A stretch of 64,000 nt of DNA from Eledone cirrhosa (GCA_964016885.1 OZ024740.1:349060001-349124000), one strand, 5' to 3'; numbered from the stretch's first letter, positions 24,302-38,300 are shown. Numbers and translations are program-made. Notes: generated by a model from the letters alone, not told the origin.

Positions 24302-24844
24302 TCAGTTAGAAATGGTTTGGCTGTTATACGACTCATAATCCTTTTCATTTCCTTGAGTTATCACATCAACTTTCCGAGCACAAACACAGGCTGTTGCCAC
24401 CTTTATTACATTTGGACTATACATGTACAGTCCATCAATACATTTATCTGTACGTTTGAGTATCGTCATGTTAGTGATTACTGAGGTACATTGGTAATTT
24501 TGATTAGAGCCTATACAATCGTTACAGCGACACACTACTTCTGTCCGTGATGGAGGGAAGACTGTTGAATCATGTGTAATCTTCAGGTACCAAGGGCAAG
24601 TCGAACTTTCACTGATGTTATCAGAAGAAAGATCAGATATGTTAGCCTGATCTGTTAGTTGTAGCTGGTCACTTTCAGCTGAAGCCTTTTCTGCCGGTAG
24701 AAAAAAGTGATTGCCAATTGCTGCACTGGACAGTCTCTCGTAGCGGACTTTCAAATCAGTGGGTATTCCACATAGTCCCTTGATTGGGGTCGAAGATGTA
24801 ATGAAGATATAGATGAATAGAAAGATCATAATCTCTATGAGAAC
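24302..24844 (-). CDS. IL17: IL-17-like cytokine gene B, coding exon 2
   Basis: IL-17 cysteine pattern. Acceptor ccttacag|GTT gives VLIEIMIFLFIYIF. Confidence 0.95.
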   Translation of the reverse strand, partial: VLIEIMIFLFIYIFITSSTPIKGLCGIPTDLKVRYERLSSAAIGNHFFLPAEKASAESDQLQLTDQANISDLSSDNISESSTCPWYLKITHDSTVFPPSRTEVVCRCNDCIGSNQNYQCTSVITNMTILKRTDKCIDGLYMYSPNVIKVATACVCARKVDVITQGNEKDYESYNSQTISN

Positions 24845-25231
24845 CTGTAAGGTAGAAACATTTCAATCAAATAAAGTTAAATATTTTTTATATGATAGTA
24901 ATGCATCGTGATAAATTAATGTACGAACAACAAATTATTTTTTAAATATATATCAAGATAACAGGAACTATATTAAGTGTTCATTTTAAGTATAAAATGA
25001 GTGGCCTTATATATTGCACGTTATGGTAGTCATATAATGTGCTATATATTTTTAACTGGGAATAAATAATAAAACAGCAAGCCGCTTTATATGTTTTAGG
25101 AGAAACAGAGAGAATGTTAGGAAGATTTAAAATAGAGAAAAGAATGAGATTAGATCGTTACATGTGCGGTACTTTATGTAATAGTAAGATGAACGCAGCA
25201 ACTTTATTCAACCATTTGAAATTGGATTATA

Positions 25232-25417
25232 TAATTGTTTCTACTTTTGGCACAAGGCCAGCAATTATCCCAGTGTATTACTGGTACTTTATTTTATCGA
25301 CCCCGTAAGGATGAAAGGCAAAGTTAACCTCGGCGGGATTTGAACTCAGTCCGTAAAGGGACGTAACTGTGCTACAAAGCATGGCGTCCGACCCTCTACC
25401 GATACTGCCAATCCACC
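25232..25417 (-). mobile_element. tRNA-derived SINE in the gene B intron
   Basis: Full length, with TSD aaattggattatataa. Confidence 0.92.
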
Positions 25418-25887
25418 TAAATTGGATTATATAATGGTTGCGTATAAATCAATGAAATGAAGAAATAAGAGAAATTACGAATGAGCGGCTCACTCTACAC
25501 CATAGTCGGGGGGGAGGTTTGTCTCTGCAGCCTCCCACAGACAAAAGGGCGAAAATATTGCTGCGAATTACATCCTGCGAGAGTTACAGCGGAATTGCCT
25601 TGTTTTGTGGTCGAAATGATATAGCTAGTAGGGAAGAACCTGTCGCAATACATATTGTGATAGGTTAGTGATTTACTCCTCTCCAACAGTAGGAGGATTA
25701 ACATGTCTGGGCTCTCAACATCACCATGGTCAAGACCGACGGGCTCTATTTATGGCTATTCTAACTTAAACAAGTCTTCTTACAAAGGTAACGCACACTA
25801 TCTAGCCTATAGTTAAGGAATGAAATCCATGCTGTAAATTAATTTTTTTATAAGGAAATGGAGATAAATACACTTTCATTATAATAA

Positions 25888-26467
25888 ACTAGCAGTGGTA
25901 CCCGGCGTTGCACGGGATAAGGTATTTTGGAACGTGGGCCGCCAACAGACCTAATCCTAGAAAAACTGCATGCGTGGACAATATGTAAAGAAAATAAATC
26001 GAATACTCTGATGGCTGAATAATGTTTAAAATTTTCCTCGATGAGGCAGGGCAAATGCAGGTTTTCACCTAATGCGGGCCCTAGGGGATCATTTTTTTTA
26101 TGTGCATAATATGCCTTTAAATTTCGGGAAAATCGGCTAGAGTTAACGCCTCAAAAAAGCCCTAAAATGCTGAAAAAATGAAGTTTTTCACCTAATGCGG
26201 GCCCCTTGGTCATGAAAAAGTTGGATTTTCTTTGCTCACGGTATGAAGAAGAGACTGACTAATACATAGTTACAATTTCAAGGAAATCAGTCTGACATAA
26301 CGACTCAAAAAAAAACTAGAAACATGAAAAAATGCAGTTTTTCAATTAATGCGGGCCCTAGGGAATCAAAAAGTTGAATTTTGTATGTGCATAACACTCC
26401 CTGAAACATAAGTAATACACAGCTAAAGTTTGAAAAAAGTCGGTTGGGCACTACTCGAGTTTTAGGG

Positions 26468-26529
<62 letters not shown>

Positions 26530-26835
26530 ACATCCTCAGGGAAGTTACGTAGTGCAGACACCAGACATACAGACAGATATTATAAGGGCGCGACGTTATA
26601 TGTATGTATCTATCTAAAAAGAGAAAGACTAAGAATTATAGAGTCAGATCGCTAAATCGCCTAATGGGGTCCCTAGGGCATTGAACATTTTTAATTTGTT
26701 TTGCTCAGAACACTCCCTGAAACATAAGTATTACATGTGTAAAGTTTGAAACTAGTCGGTTGGGTGGTTCTCGAGTTTTAGGGATTCAATCTCACACCCA
26801 CACAGACAGACATCCTCAGTTTTATATATATAGAT
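25888..26835 (+). mobile_element. HINE/Helitron-like element with internal repeats
   Basis: ACTAGC..CCCGGCGTTGCACGGG start and TTTATATATATAGAT end; repeated taatgcgggccc subunits. Confidence 0.7.
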
Positions 26836-26981
26836 AATTGATAATCACACACACATACACACACAAACACACACATACACACACACATATATATATGTGT
26901 GTGTGTGTGTGTGCATAAGGATGCAAACACAACTAAATATGGAAATATATAAGATATCATTATTAATTTAAGTTTACTTAC

Positions 26982-26996
26982 ATTAGCCATCATCAT
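26982..26996 (-). CDS. IL17: IL-17-like gene B, coding exon 1 (MMMAN)
   Basis: ATG ATG ATG GCT AAT|gtaagt, phase 0. Confidence 0.8.
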
Positions 26997-27130
26997 TTTT
27001 ACTTCTTGTTTTCTTGGAAATGGAAAAAGGAGGAGAACTGTAGGATATTGTACAACTAAGACTCGCGGAACTTTATCTCGCAAATGATGTACCTTTCTGT
27101 GAATGATATTTGCTATCATAAGCATTTTTC

Positions 27131-27373
27131 TTATATACAATTCTTGAAACCGGAAAAGAAATTTAGATATACACATGGCGTAGACTGAACATATGAACAC
27201 GGGCGGAACTAAGAATTATCTCGTGCGATAATGAATCCAGCGTTAATATTTCACTTATGGGAATGATGCAAAATTCATGTAATCTATATTCCTCCTGCAC
27301 CCATCAAGTATGGGAGGAGTAAAGGTTGTCAGGGCAAATCACTTGTTCACTTTAATCATTGTTTATTTACACC
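27131..27373 (-). promoter_or_regulatory. Conserved promoter block of gene B
   Basis: TATA, CCGGAA and blocks shared with 5441..5654. Confidence 0.55.
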
Positions 27374-27829
27374 TTACAAAAATTCAGGGTGTGGCAAATA
27401 GTTTCCACTGATAAACAGAGAGCAAAGTAAATAATCAATTCTCAAACATTTCATTAATTAACTAATATAAAAAAAACTGCACCGGAACCTAATATCCAAC
27501 TAGCTGTCATTAATATATCTATTATACAAATCGGAACGTCATCTATCGTGGAAATTATATAATAGTATTCTTCCAATATATTTGGAAGTTGTTTTGATAA
27601 TTACACTATGATTAATAGTGTTCATAGAAGTGTAGATAGGGGTATAATTTAACTACAAATCAAATAATCTTAGGCAAAGGCAGAAACTGAAGATTACATT
27701 TAAGATGTACAGGAACAATGCCTAACCAGAAATAATCATAAAGGCAAATATTTTATATGAGAAATAAATAACAACTGCTCTCAGGTGAGCTTCAACGTTT
27801 GTAATTACGAAGACTCAACATAACAGGAT

Positions 27830-28079
27830 GAAATCAAACATGTAGTCTTTCCAAAGACACTCCCAAATGTAGATACTAAAGTTCCTTGTTCAAGGAGGTT
27901 CAACCAAATACAAGGGGTAGGATTGTACATAACATTATGAGCTTTGTTCAATTTTAACAAAATACAATTAATGATATTTAAATATTAATATGTAAAACAT
28001 TATATTCAAAGGACTAATCAAGTTTATGCAACGATAATAAAAAGAAATTAATTTATAACGTGTTACTTGAGAGTATAAA
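27830..28079 (-). pseudogene. Relic 3' end of a deleted IL-17 locus
   Basis: Homologous to 10870..11150 (gene A 3' end), but followed by a LINE fragment instead of a CDS. Confidence 0.6.
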
Positions 28080-28890
28080 CAATTGCTGGTAGGGGATAAG
28101 TTGCAGTTTTGCACACTCCAGACTCTATGCAAGTTGCACCCAACCTGTTCGTGCCAAATACCTAAGCCAAAACCAACATGGGCAAACAAAACAACACACA
28201 GGCTTACTGTCCAGGAAGTATGCTGAGGTTGCACGTACAGCCCCAACGAAAATCAGTCACATCAAAACTCGCGACCACCACAAATAAGACCCACAGAGTC
28301 GCCAGCACTGATACCGACACAAATGCCATATCAGCAGCCACCACTGACACCACAAATGTCACACCAGTGCTACATGTCAGATACCTGGTAAAACTGACCA
28401 ACATGTGTAAGATCACCTACCAAATAGACCTAGCCACAAGCAATCAAACAATACGCATGACACTAACTTAAGCTCACCTGACAGCTATCATAGCAGATAT
28501 GGACATACACATACCAAAATATGTTGTATTTCGTACTGAAAGGAAGAAGAGAACTCGTGGTAGAGTTACTTTGTACATCCATGAAGATGTCACATCAATA
28601 GTACTGTTGTCACATTCCAACTCGGTCTGTGACACGCTAAAGATACACGTCAATCAAAATAGTAATATGTGTCAGATATTGACCACCAGATGCCCCCAGA
28701 TTTGAGGACAATTTTGAAGGTTGTCTCAGAGGGATTAAAGAAGTGCTGATCAAATTGGGCCAGAACCACAACACACTACTGAGGTTCAATGGCCCGAAGG
28801 TCAGCCACTCTCAGGAATGACGGTACTTGAACAAAGGCAGACAGAATCCTTGCTGTTCCTTACAAACAGATTCTTCATGGAACATATAGC
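28080..28890 (+). mobile_element. Decayed LINE fragment (ORF1/AP-endonuclease-like)
   Basis: DIHIPKYVVFRTERKKRTRGRVTLYIHE resembles the LINE endonuclease I.GY..FR.DR...GGV..Y motif. Confidence 0.65.
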
Positions 28891-29765
28891 AGAACTTGGA
28901 ATGTATATTCCGGTGAAAACAGTAGATGTACAGATAACAGGAGGAACTCTGTCTCTTCCCAACTTACGGATAGGCTACTTTGCCGGTCCCGGTAAAGTAG
29001 ACACACATGCTTTTAAAGCTTATTTTACAGGTCCCCCGTAAATATAAATAGTGCTAGTGTTGGGTTATGGTTCAAATTGTCTTATTAATTGGTGAAAATA
29101 AATAAACTTCTGTGTTAAATCTATGTGTTGTTATTTTTAGCATTACCTGCCTTAATTAAAATGGTTTCTGGCCAACAATTTTGCCAGGACACACCATCCT
29201 ATTTCTTTTATTCAAGTTTTATGTTTACGTAGTTACAAAAATTCAAGCTGTGTTATAGTATATGTTTATTGAACGACAGGCAACAAAATAATAGGGTTTT
29301 TTTTCCGTAGAATTTCTATTTTTATTACCTTATCTATTTGGTTCCGGTAATCTATATTTTCATATATCTTAACAAAATCATTGTTAAAGTTGTGAAGTGT
29401 TTCACCTAAATATAACTCATTTTTAGCAAAATAAAACCTGCGTAACCTAGAACAGATTTTCGTCTTGAAAGACACAAACATTCATCTCGGCATAATTGTT
29501 GAGAAATAATTTGAAATTGTCGTTTTTAAACTTACAATATATTACATCATATGTAAAGAAAAAAATGTGTTCCTTCGTTAAAAACAATCTCTAAAATTGT
29601 ATGGAAAATATGCAAGGGCTTAGGTTATGTAGAACAAAGTAAATCAGTTACACTAATATAGTACTTGTCAAATATAAAGACCTCCTTAATTAACTAATAT
29701 AAAAATACTCATCACTTTACAGTTGCTGAATGTTACCTAACTATTACGTCATATATTTAGTTGAT

Positions 29766-30416
29766 ACTAGCAGAATGGCCCGGCGTTGCTCAGGATTCTA
29801 AACATAGATTGGCATGTTTATCCCTCCTTTCTGAAACAGTACAGAGAAGTACGGACTACCTTGGCCTCGGTATGATGTCTACATTTTGTGCTTATGAAAG
29901 AATTCGTCGTAGATTACCAAGGGTTTAACTTAATTGGGTGCCTGAGAGTAAAATGTTCAACCCACGAAAGCCAAGACGATAGGGTTAAGTAAAAAGGCAT
30001 TCGACAAACCGAACAAAGCAAAGAATCGCTGTTTTCACCCTTAACGGGATCTTCTGAAACTAAAAAAATCAATCTGTGAACGCAGAAGTAAATATTTCGA
30101 AAAACGTTACACACTATATATATATATACATATACTCACACTATATATACGTATATACACACACACACACACAGATAGCGAATGTCATAATGCAGACAGC
30201 CAGATATACAGATAGATATTATAAGGGGGCGTCGTTATAGCTATGTATCTATCTAAAAGGACAGACTAAGAAAGAGAGAGATCTTAACCGGCGCCTAATG
30301 CGGTCCCTAGGGCATTTAAAATTTGGAATATTTTTGCTCAAAACACTCACACGACCATTAGTATTATATGTGTATAGTTTGAAAAATAACAATTGGGTGG
30401 TTCTCGAGTTTTAGGG

Positions 30417-30449
<33 letters not shown>

Positions 30450-30472
30450 TTCTCTGTTTTAGATATATAGAT
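29766..30472 (+). mobile_element. HINE/Helitron-like element
   Basis: Shared termini; 3' part homologous to 26560..26835. Confidence 0.7.
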
Positions 30473-31259
30473 AATCGTAGAAATTATTTAGTAGTTAGTT
30501 CAATTCATAATATTTTGAAGAGTTGTTAATAATTAGAATATCATTAATGGTGTTTCGACTGTATTACTCAGGAATTTCTAGTGAAACTAACAGCTGAACA
30601 TTCGACCTGTAGTTTGAAGATGCCGCAAATAATTTGAAATACATAACGTATGAGTGTGTTTGGGGTCGATAAAATAAAGTACCAGTAATGCACTGGGTAA
30701 TTGCTGGCCTTGTGCCTAAAGTAGAAACAATTATTCTATTTTACATATGTTTGAGTGTGTGTGTGTGTGTGTGAGGGTTTCAATCTATACACCCACGCTG
30801 CATATATCTGCCATTGTACGTTTGTCTGTGTGAGCGTGTGCATTATCATAACATATTAGGTACCATGCTCCAGCATCTAACTTTAAAACGACCATGTGTT
30901 CTTTTTGTTATGTACAGTGTGCCACAAAACGATCAAATATTTATATGCATTCTATTATATTTGAATTATATTACTGATCTCAATCATTGATCGGCAGCTA
31001 TGTTAAGGTAAATTCTGCAAGAAAAATGTTCGATTACAGTATTTATGAAAACAGCGACTCACAACAATTAAACAACAAACAGTAATTCGAAGTAACAGAC
31101 TAATCAACGAATGGTAAATGAAAGGACAATAATTATGATGAACATAGATTAACGTAATCAGCTGCCATAGCTACAGATGAACTAGTAGCTCATTAAAAGA
31201 ATGCATAAATACATTAGTGCTGCAAAGTTTGAGGCCTCCATATTCGCGAGAAAGCCTTC

Positions 31260-31680
31260 TTAGTGCGCTCTGCGTGTGAGAAGAGGTACACAAAAAGTGT
31301 GTTGGAGAAGTTCAAGTACCTCGTGGCCGTTTACACGAGTGATGGACGGCAAGAGGCTGTATTAAATGCAATATTTGCTGGAGTTGCTGCGCTAGCTTCA
31401 GCACTAGGTCATGAGAAAAAGGGAGATAGAAATAAAAGCCAAACTCGCTATCTTCGTCTTCTCATTTCCTATTGTCAGGAATCTTTGATGATAATCGGAA
31501 ACATACGATCAAGAATACAAGCCCCCGAAAAGTGCTTCCTCAGAAGGGTTCTGGGGTAAAGTGACTCGATAGATTGCGTAGAGCGAAGATTAGGGAGTCG
31601 TGCCAGGGAGAGTCGTGCCAGAGAGAGCCGCTACTTCTCTTCATTGAGACACGGTTAAGATGTCTAAGAAACAACCATCC
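31260..31680 (+). mobile_element. RTE LINE fragment
   Basis: EKFKYL..YTSDGR and RSRIQAPEKCFLRRVLG motifs. Confidence 0.7.
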
Positions 31681-33091
31681 ATAACATATTAAGAGGAGTT
31701 GAAGTGATTCCTTTACATATGACACTGTCGAACACTACCAAATCAGATCATTGTCGACCAGAGCAAAAATATGCAAACATAACTTGATATATACTGGACT
31801 GATTACCGAAAATCATTTGGCAATACACAAGTGTTACCCCTAGAAAATTAAGCATATAAATGCTCACAAAGTACATGAGCTTGCCACGTCTCAAGGAAAC
31901 CAAAACTAGGACTAAATTATAAAGATATTATACTTGATACACATATATGAAGAACAATATTCCAGGGAGAACACTTACTATCTATACATTTTATTCCTTC
32001 TACACTTAATCTTCTCCGATACGTTAAAGAAATCTATTAAATGAAACCATTATTGCTTTCAAAAGTAACGCATAAACTATAAATATATACTCTAAACAAT
32101 ACACCTTTGCCAGTGCTACAAAATATATTTCGTGTATTCAGCCAATACAAGAAAGAAATGAATACGCTTGGCGTGCCGGTTATAATCGACGGATTCAATG
32201 TTATAAAATGGCAATTCAGTTTATTATATTGAAGTCGTAATAATTAGAACATCAGAAACCTAGCGCTCCATATGCGCCATATCAAACTGATAAACTGATA
32301 ATACATCTAACTGCTAGATAAACTTAGGGCCTTATAATATGCAACTAAAGAATAGCAACAAAATATAAACAGTGTGACTTTAAATACTCTTAGAAGCAAG
32401 CAAACTGGAGATGTTATGGGTAAGAAGAATACTCGGAGAAAAATTAAATGTATAGGCAAATTAATTGCTTGAAATGTGCGAGTGAGACACATTTAAATAA
32501 GAAGAAAGCAAAAGCAAGCTTAAAAACAAACCTAAATATAAAATGACATACCAAAATATACAGAATATAAAATGGAAAGTAAAACCACTTCATGATCTGT
32601 ATCCTAGAAATATAGAAAGATATATATTACGACAGTATGAGCGATATGGGAGAAGATTTGATAGATTGGTATTAAGCTAAACGCCATCACCCGAAATAAT
32701 CTAAGGTAATGACAGAAAGAGATGTTCTCATTTATGTTGTTCAGGAACATGGTGTAGACACACAATTACAAAATTAAAATACAATAAAGAAGACACCGAG
32801 AATATGACAATTAACTAAATTGTTCCTGTTAATCGATTGCTTGATAATTCTGAAAGGATTCACAGATACAATTGCATTGACAATTATATTCACTGGGTAA
32901 TAGGACAATACTATATCAACGCTTTATCATGATAACAAAAACAATACTTGAAATTGCTTTCAAGTTCATAACCTAGCATATCTAACATGAACTTATAAAA
33001 TGGTTCCATTATCACATATAATATATCAGTTGGAGAGACTGGATCGAAACATAAAGGGCTTTGGTTATATAGAATATAGAAGTATATTACC

Positions 33092-33276
33092 GGTGGATTG
33101 GCAGTATCGGTAGAGGGTCGGACGCCATGCTTACCAGCATAGTTACGTCCCTTTACGATCTGAGTTCAAATCCCGCCGAGGTTAACTTTGCCTTTCATCC
33201 TTACGGGGTCGATAAAATAAAGTACCAGTAATGCACTGGATAATTGCTGGCCTTGTGCCTAAAGTAGAAACAATTA
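33092..33276 (+). mobile_element. tRNA-derived SINE, full length
   Basis: A-box-like tggcagtatcgg and B-box gagttcaaatcc; many copies in the window. Confidence 0.92.
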
Positions 33277-33383
33277 CTAGACTTTGTAAAAGATGAGATT
33301 GATAATAAATTATTATGCATCTCATATTCAGTTTATTTAAAGATACTGAGCTATACATATATATTACACAAACACACACACAC

Positions 33384-33423
<40 letters not shown>

Positions 33424-33759
33424 ATGAAAATGCGAAGTTGAAAATGTTAGAGTCCTTTATTAATTGAGCCGTTATAAATATTTCAATATTTCTTGTGGAC
33501 TATTTGGGAAAGCATTTTAACAATGTAAAGTTTCTATTATTATGTATTTGAGTTATGTGACACACCCATTTCAAGTTTATTCTAGTGCATTCCTCATTGA
33601 TAAGAAACAAGTACTATCACGATTAAGAGCTTCTTATAAATTTACAGTTCACTATCGATACTTGCGTAATAACTAACGTAAATATCCTATATACATACAT
33701 ACGATGCTATATACATACATACAACTTCCAGTCGTCCGATGTATTCGTGTCTATAACAG

Positions 33760-34346
<587 letters not shown>

Positions 34347-34710
34347 TATACATATACATATGGGTTATATCGAACATTAATAACAATGTTCGATTCGTTT
34401 GTAAAACAAATGGCCCAATTTGAAGCTGTGCGGTGCCTGTCACCGATCGTCACCTGTTTGTTCAACACTGGTTTTCAGAAACAATCAACCTGTTTCTGGT
34501 TCATTACTTTTCATCAGGACACTATACCTCTGCCAGTCTGTCGAACGGTTGAAAATATATAGTATTTTCTTAAGTACATATCGGCTGAGTAGCCTCATTT
34601 GCACATCGAGCGTGTTACGGCTGGCTTTGCTGAATATTAAAAATAAAATTAGAATTTTATTCCTCGCTCTAGCACAGCTGATACATAAATGTAAGTATGC
34701 ATACGTACAC

Positions 34711-34713
<3 letters not shown>

Positions 34714-34774
<61 letters not shown>

Positions 34775-34777
34775 TTG

Positions 34778-34820
<43 letters not shown>

Positions 34821-34821
34821 T

Positions 34822-34918
<97 letters not shown>
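34714..34918. repeat. (TG)n microsatellite
   Basis: Direct inspection. Confidence 0.95.
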
Positions 34919-34920
<2 letters not shown>

Positions 34921-34929
34921 TCATATTCT

Positions 34930-35525
34930 AAAATGTTTCAAGCAAACTACAACGCTCTCTTCTCTTTACACTTGAGCCAGAGACAATTTGCAACCGTCAA
35001 ATTACTTTTCGGAATAACGGAGAAACCCTGCGTTAAGAACGACGTACCACCCAACATCAGCAGAAACGTCCATTTCTCTGGATGTCTACTTTCCCTAATT
35101 TTCAGAAACATTGTAAACCACATACACCGCACTTGTTCCAAGAAGTTCATATGAAATTTCAGCCGTGAAGTTCAACTATTCATATAGACACTCTCTGAGC
35201 GCACACCACTAACATTAAAACTGAAGACCTGTTCCTTAAAACCACTGAAGCAATCGACTAATTTTACCACTCTTGGGCCCAGTACAAAAAGAAACGAAAA
35301 TTTGAATGTATTCTTAACAAACATCAGTTTACCCAACCACACCAACACGAAAACCAGTGGAGAGTTGAACCAGGAGGCCACCGTAGACAAGACCACCATT
35401 ATCACCGTAACGGACCCGCAGTTGCGCGATACGGAACACTTCGTCACCAACCTAACCGAATCCTTCTCAAACGCCGAACTTGAATTCCTAAGCCTCGACC
35501 CATAATTCAACGAGACTCAGCGGCT
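34930..35525 (+). mobile_element. Possible Penelope-like N-terminal ORF remnant
   Basis: VTNLTESFSNAELEFLSLDP*F resembles the V.NLS...L...E...LS.G..F motif upstream of the PLE RT. Confidence 0.45.
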
Positions 35526-35547
35526 TATTAGGCTGCATTATACTAAG

Positions 35548-35711
35548 AGGGTCGGACGCCATGCTTTGACGCATAGAGTTACGGCCCTTGCCATTCTGAG
35601 TTCAAATCCCGCCGAGGTTAACTCAAGCTTTAATCCTTACGGGGTCGATAAAATAAAGTACCAGTAATGAACTGGGTAGTTGCTGGCCTTGTGCCAAAAG
35701 GAGAAACAATT
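35548..35711 (+). mobile_element. tRNA-derived SINE
   Basis: Family match. Confidence 0.85.
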
Positions 35712-36009
35712 ATACTAATGCAGCCTCATTATGTGGGCGTTAAGGGCCCTTCTGCTGACATTTAGCCATTCGGATATTGGAGACTTGAGTTTCTTAACCG
35801 CAAGGATATTTTGTAGACATGATCTAGCTGAAAATCCTCTCTGGTGATTCTGCTTTCAAACATATATATATATATAAATGCTTTCTTGAGTTTGGGAAAA
35901 TTACGCATTTAGTCATATTAGCGGCGCGATGTCAGCAGTATCGCCGACTACACACTACGAAATACTCAGAGTTACTTCATTTAGCGTCCATTAAAATAGA
36001 AACACGATG

Positions 36010-36490
36010 CCTCACAAACGATATGGAGGACGTTTTTGTTTCTCCTCGACCAAATCCAACAGGAACTCCTATCGGCTGCCTCTGATATTGCCTTTAGGTC
36101 TTTGGACCTCCTCTTCCCAGAGACTGAACATTATTTCATGAGATTGTAGGCAGATTTGCCCACAAAGTCGCCGGTTCCAATCTCCGTGGCGAGAAGTTTG
36201 ACTCGGAACTCGGCTTCCCTCAGGCTGTTGGACACACTGGCATAATTTCCGGTCTTTAATTCGCGTACGTTTAATCTACTTTCATATGACATGATTAGTT
36301 CAGTCAAAATCAGCTGTTATAATGAATTGGAATGGAATACGATATCCAGGATCAAACCAACATTTCGGATGATTTCTGGTTGTTTCGCTGATCCTCAGAG
36401 GTCTCCTGTACACTTCCAGTCGTTCGATATATTCGTGTCTATAACATAGCGAGAAACAGAATATCACAGAATATACTGAGTTGCATAATA
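36010..36490 (-). mobile_element. Hero-like RLE non-LTR retrotransposon 3' fragment
   Basis: Translates DWKCTGDL...LDIVFHS..QLILTEL..YESR...EIGTGDFVGKS...AISEAADRSSCWIW. Confidence 0.65.
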
Positions 36491-37289
36491 TTGCTTGGAG
36501 AAATATTATTATGAAATGAAATCATTAGATGTGAAACGTAGTTACTGACATTATAAAACCAATACTATAAAAATATATACGGTTGCTATTATATATGCTA
36601 CCTTTATATAAATACTAAGACACAACATAAAACGTTAATCTAGGATAAAATAAAACACGAAGTATCAAGTTCAGAGATTTAACAAAATAAAAGTTGAAGA
36701 ATTGAATACAAAAGCAATGTTCCTGTCGTATATGTTTTTTATTAAAATAGAAACAAAAGAATATTATAATGATTTGTTTTAAGTGAAAAAGTATAAATGT
36801 ACATACAAAAAATATTTTTCCATATATTATACACATATGAGAGATTTTGACTTCCTATGCACCTGTCTATGCCACAGACTCTCACATCGGAATTAATACT
36901 TAATTTATCAATCTAGAGATTTGAACCCGGAATATAACAGCACGTAACTCAATACGATAAAATATTTTATTTATTGTTACACTAATTCTGAAATTTCCAA
37001 CACCTATTTGTAGTATATAACAATAATAGAGGTAGGTGTGTTAAACTTCAGCAGGTAGATTTGAAATCTGTTAAATCACGAATATATTTACGAAGTCACA
37101 ATAACTAAGATGAGTAAATATTAATTGAATATCCCTCATTAAATCGCTATTACATATAGGTCGTTCATATTGGTCTAAATTGATGTATATATATATATAT
37201 ATGTATAAATGCATCTATATACATGAAACTAACCAGTTTATTCAAAACTAAAAGTATTCTATGTCGAATGAATAGAAGTAAAGATCCAC

Positions 37290-37480
37290 ACACACGTAGC
37301 CAGATCAGCGCCTATGGTGGTGAGTAGGAAGGTAGGCCTAGGGCCAAGGACACCAGAGGTCTACATTTCTAGGGGCTCGACTGCAAACCTGTCGGAAAAT
37401 GACCGATACGTAGAGAGTTTACCCTACTCAGCCCCTATTGCATAAGAGCCTGGGTTAGTTGCAGACTGCAGCAGGTTGCC
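37290..37480 (-). mobile_element. CRE-like fragment in the gene C 3' region
   Basis: Similar to 5150..5260. Confidence 0.45.
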
Positions 37481-37772
37481 TGTAAAGTCGTATATGTGGG
37501 ACCTAAATTTTGGCAATAAATTTTTGGAATAAATGTTGGTACAACATATCAAAATCAAGTATTAAATTTGAGACTCTAAATTTCTGTTAATATGATATCA
37601 TCGCTTCAATATCACATACATATATATTTATGAACTATATATGTATGTCATGTTAAAGAATGTCAAAATATATACAACTATTATAATAACCACATGGTGG
37701 CCAACAAACTTTCATAATATTATGAATACATTTAGCGTTACAACGCAGTTTAAAATTTGGTAGTTGATTGTT

Positions 37773-38300
37773 TTACGACACATAATCGTTTCCATTTCCC
37801 TCAGTTATTACATCAACTTTCCGTGCACAAACACAGGCTGTTGCCACATCTATTACACTTGGACTATACACATACAGACCATCAACACATTTATCTGTAC
37901 GTTTGAGGACTGTCATTTTAGTAGACACTGCCACACATTGGTGATTGTTGTCAGAGCCTAGACAGTCTGTACAACGACACACTACTTCTGTACGTGATGG
38001 AGGGAAGACTGTTGAATTATGGGTAATCTTCAGGTACCAAGGGCAAGTTGAACGTTCACTGATGATATCAGAGGAAACAGCAGATGTTGGACAAGTTTTA
38101 TCTCCCTCTGTGAGTATAGGATGATTACGTTCTGCTGGAGCCATTTCAGCCGGTAGAAAGAAATTGTTGCCAATGGCTGCACTGGACAGGCTCTCGTAGC
38201 GGACTTTCAAATCAGTGGGTATTTCACATTGGGTGTGGATTGGTAACGAAGACATGGTGAAGATGTAATTGAACATCACAATTACAATCTGAAGAAGAAC
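37773..38300 (-). CDS. IL17: IL-17-like cytokine gene C, coding exon 2
   Basis: IL-17 cysteine pattern. Acceptor tttctttag|GTT gives VLLQIVIVMFNYIF. Confidence 0.95.
   Translation of the reverse strand, partial: VLLQIVIVMFNYIFTMSSLPIHTQCEIPTDLKVRYESLSSAAIGNNFFLPAEMAPAERNHPILTEGDKTCPTSAVSSDIISERSTCPWYLKITHNSTVFPPSRTEVVCRCTDCLGSDNNHQCVAVSTKMTVLKRTDKCVDGLYVYSPSVIDVATACVCARKVDVITEGNGNDYVS

Larger units (their letters stand above)
1..26356. repeat. Tandem segmental duplication, copy 1 (matches 39355..64000)
   Basis: The window start gattatttaatttattaattc recurs at 39355, and the window end matches 26356. Many identical or near-identical ORFs recur in the same order. Confidence 0.97.

Noticed and set aside
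33092-33180. tRNA gene
   Set aside because: The A/B-box-like head continues into a repeated SINE body, and other copies have TSDs. No complete cloverleaf.
34470-34525. Hammerhead-like CTGATGA...GAAA on the minus strand
   Set aside because: No NUH triplet or stem I/II pairing. Probably a decayed relative of the 22 kb element.
36355-36410. CTGAGGA...GAAA hammerhead-like motif downstream of gene C
   Set aside because: It lies within the Hero-like retrotransposon reading frame, and the stems are poor.
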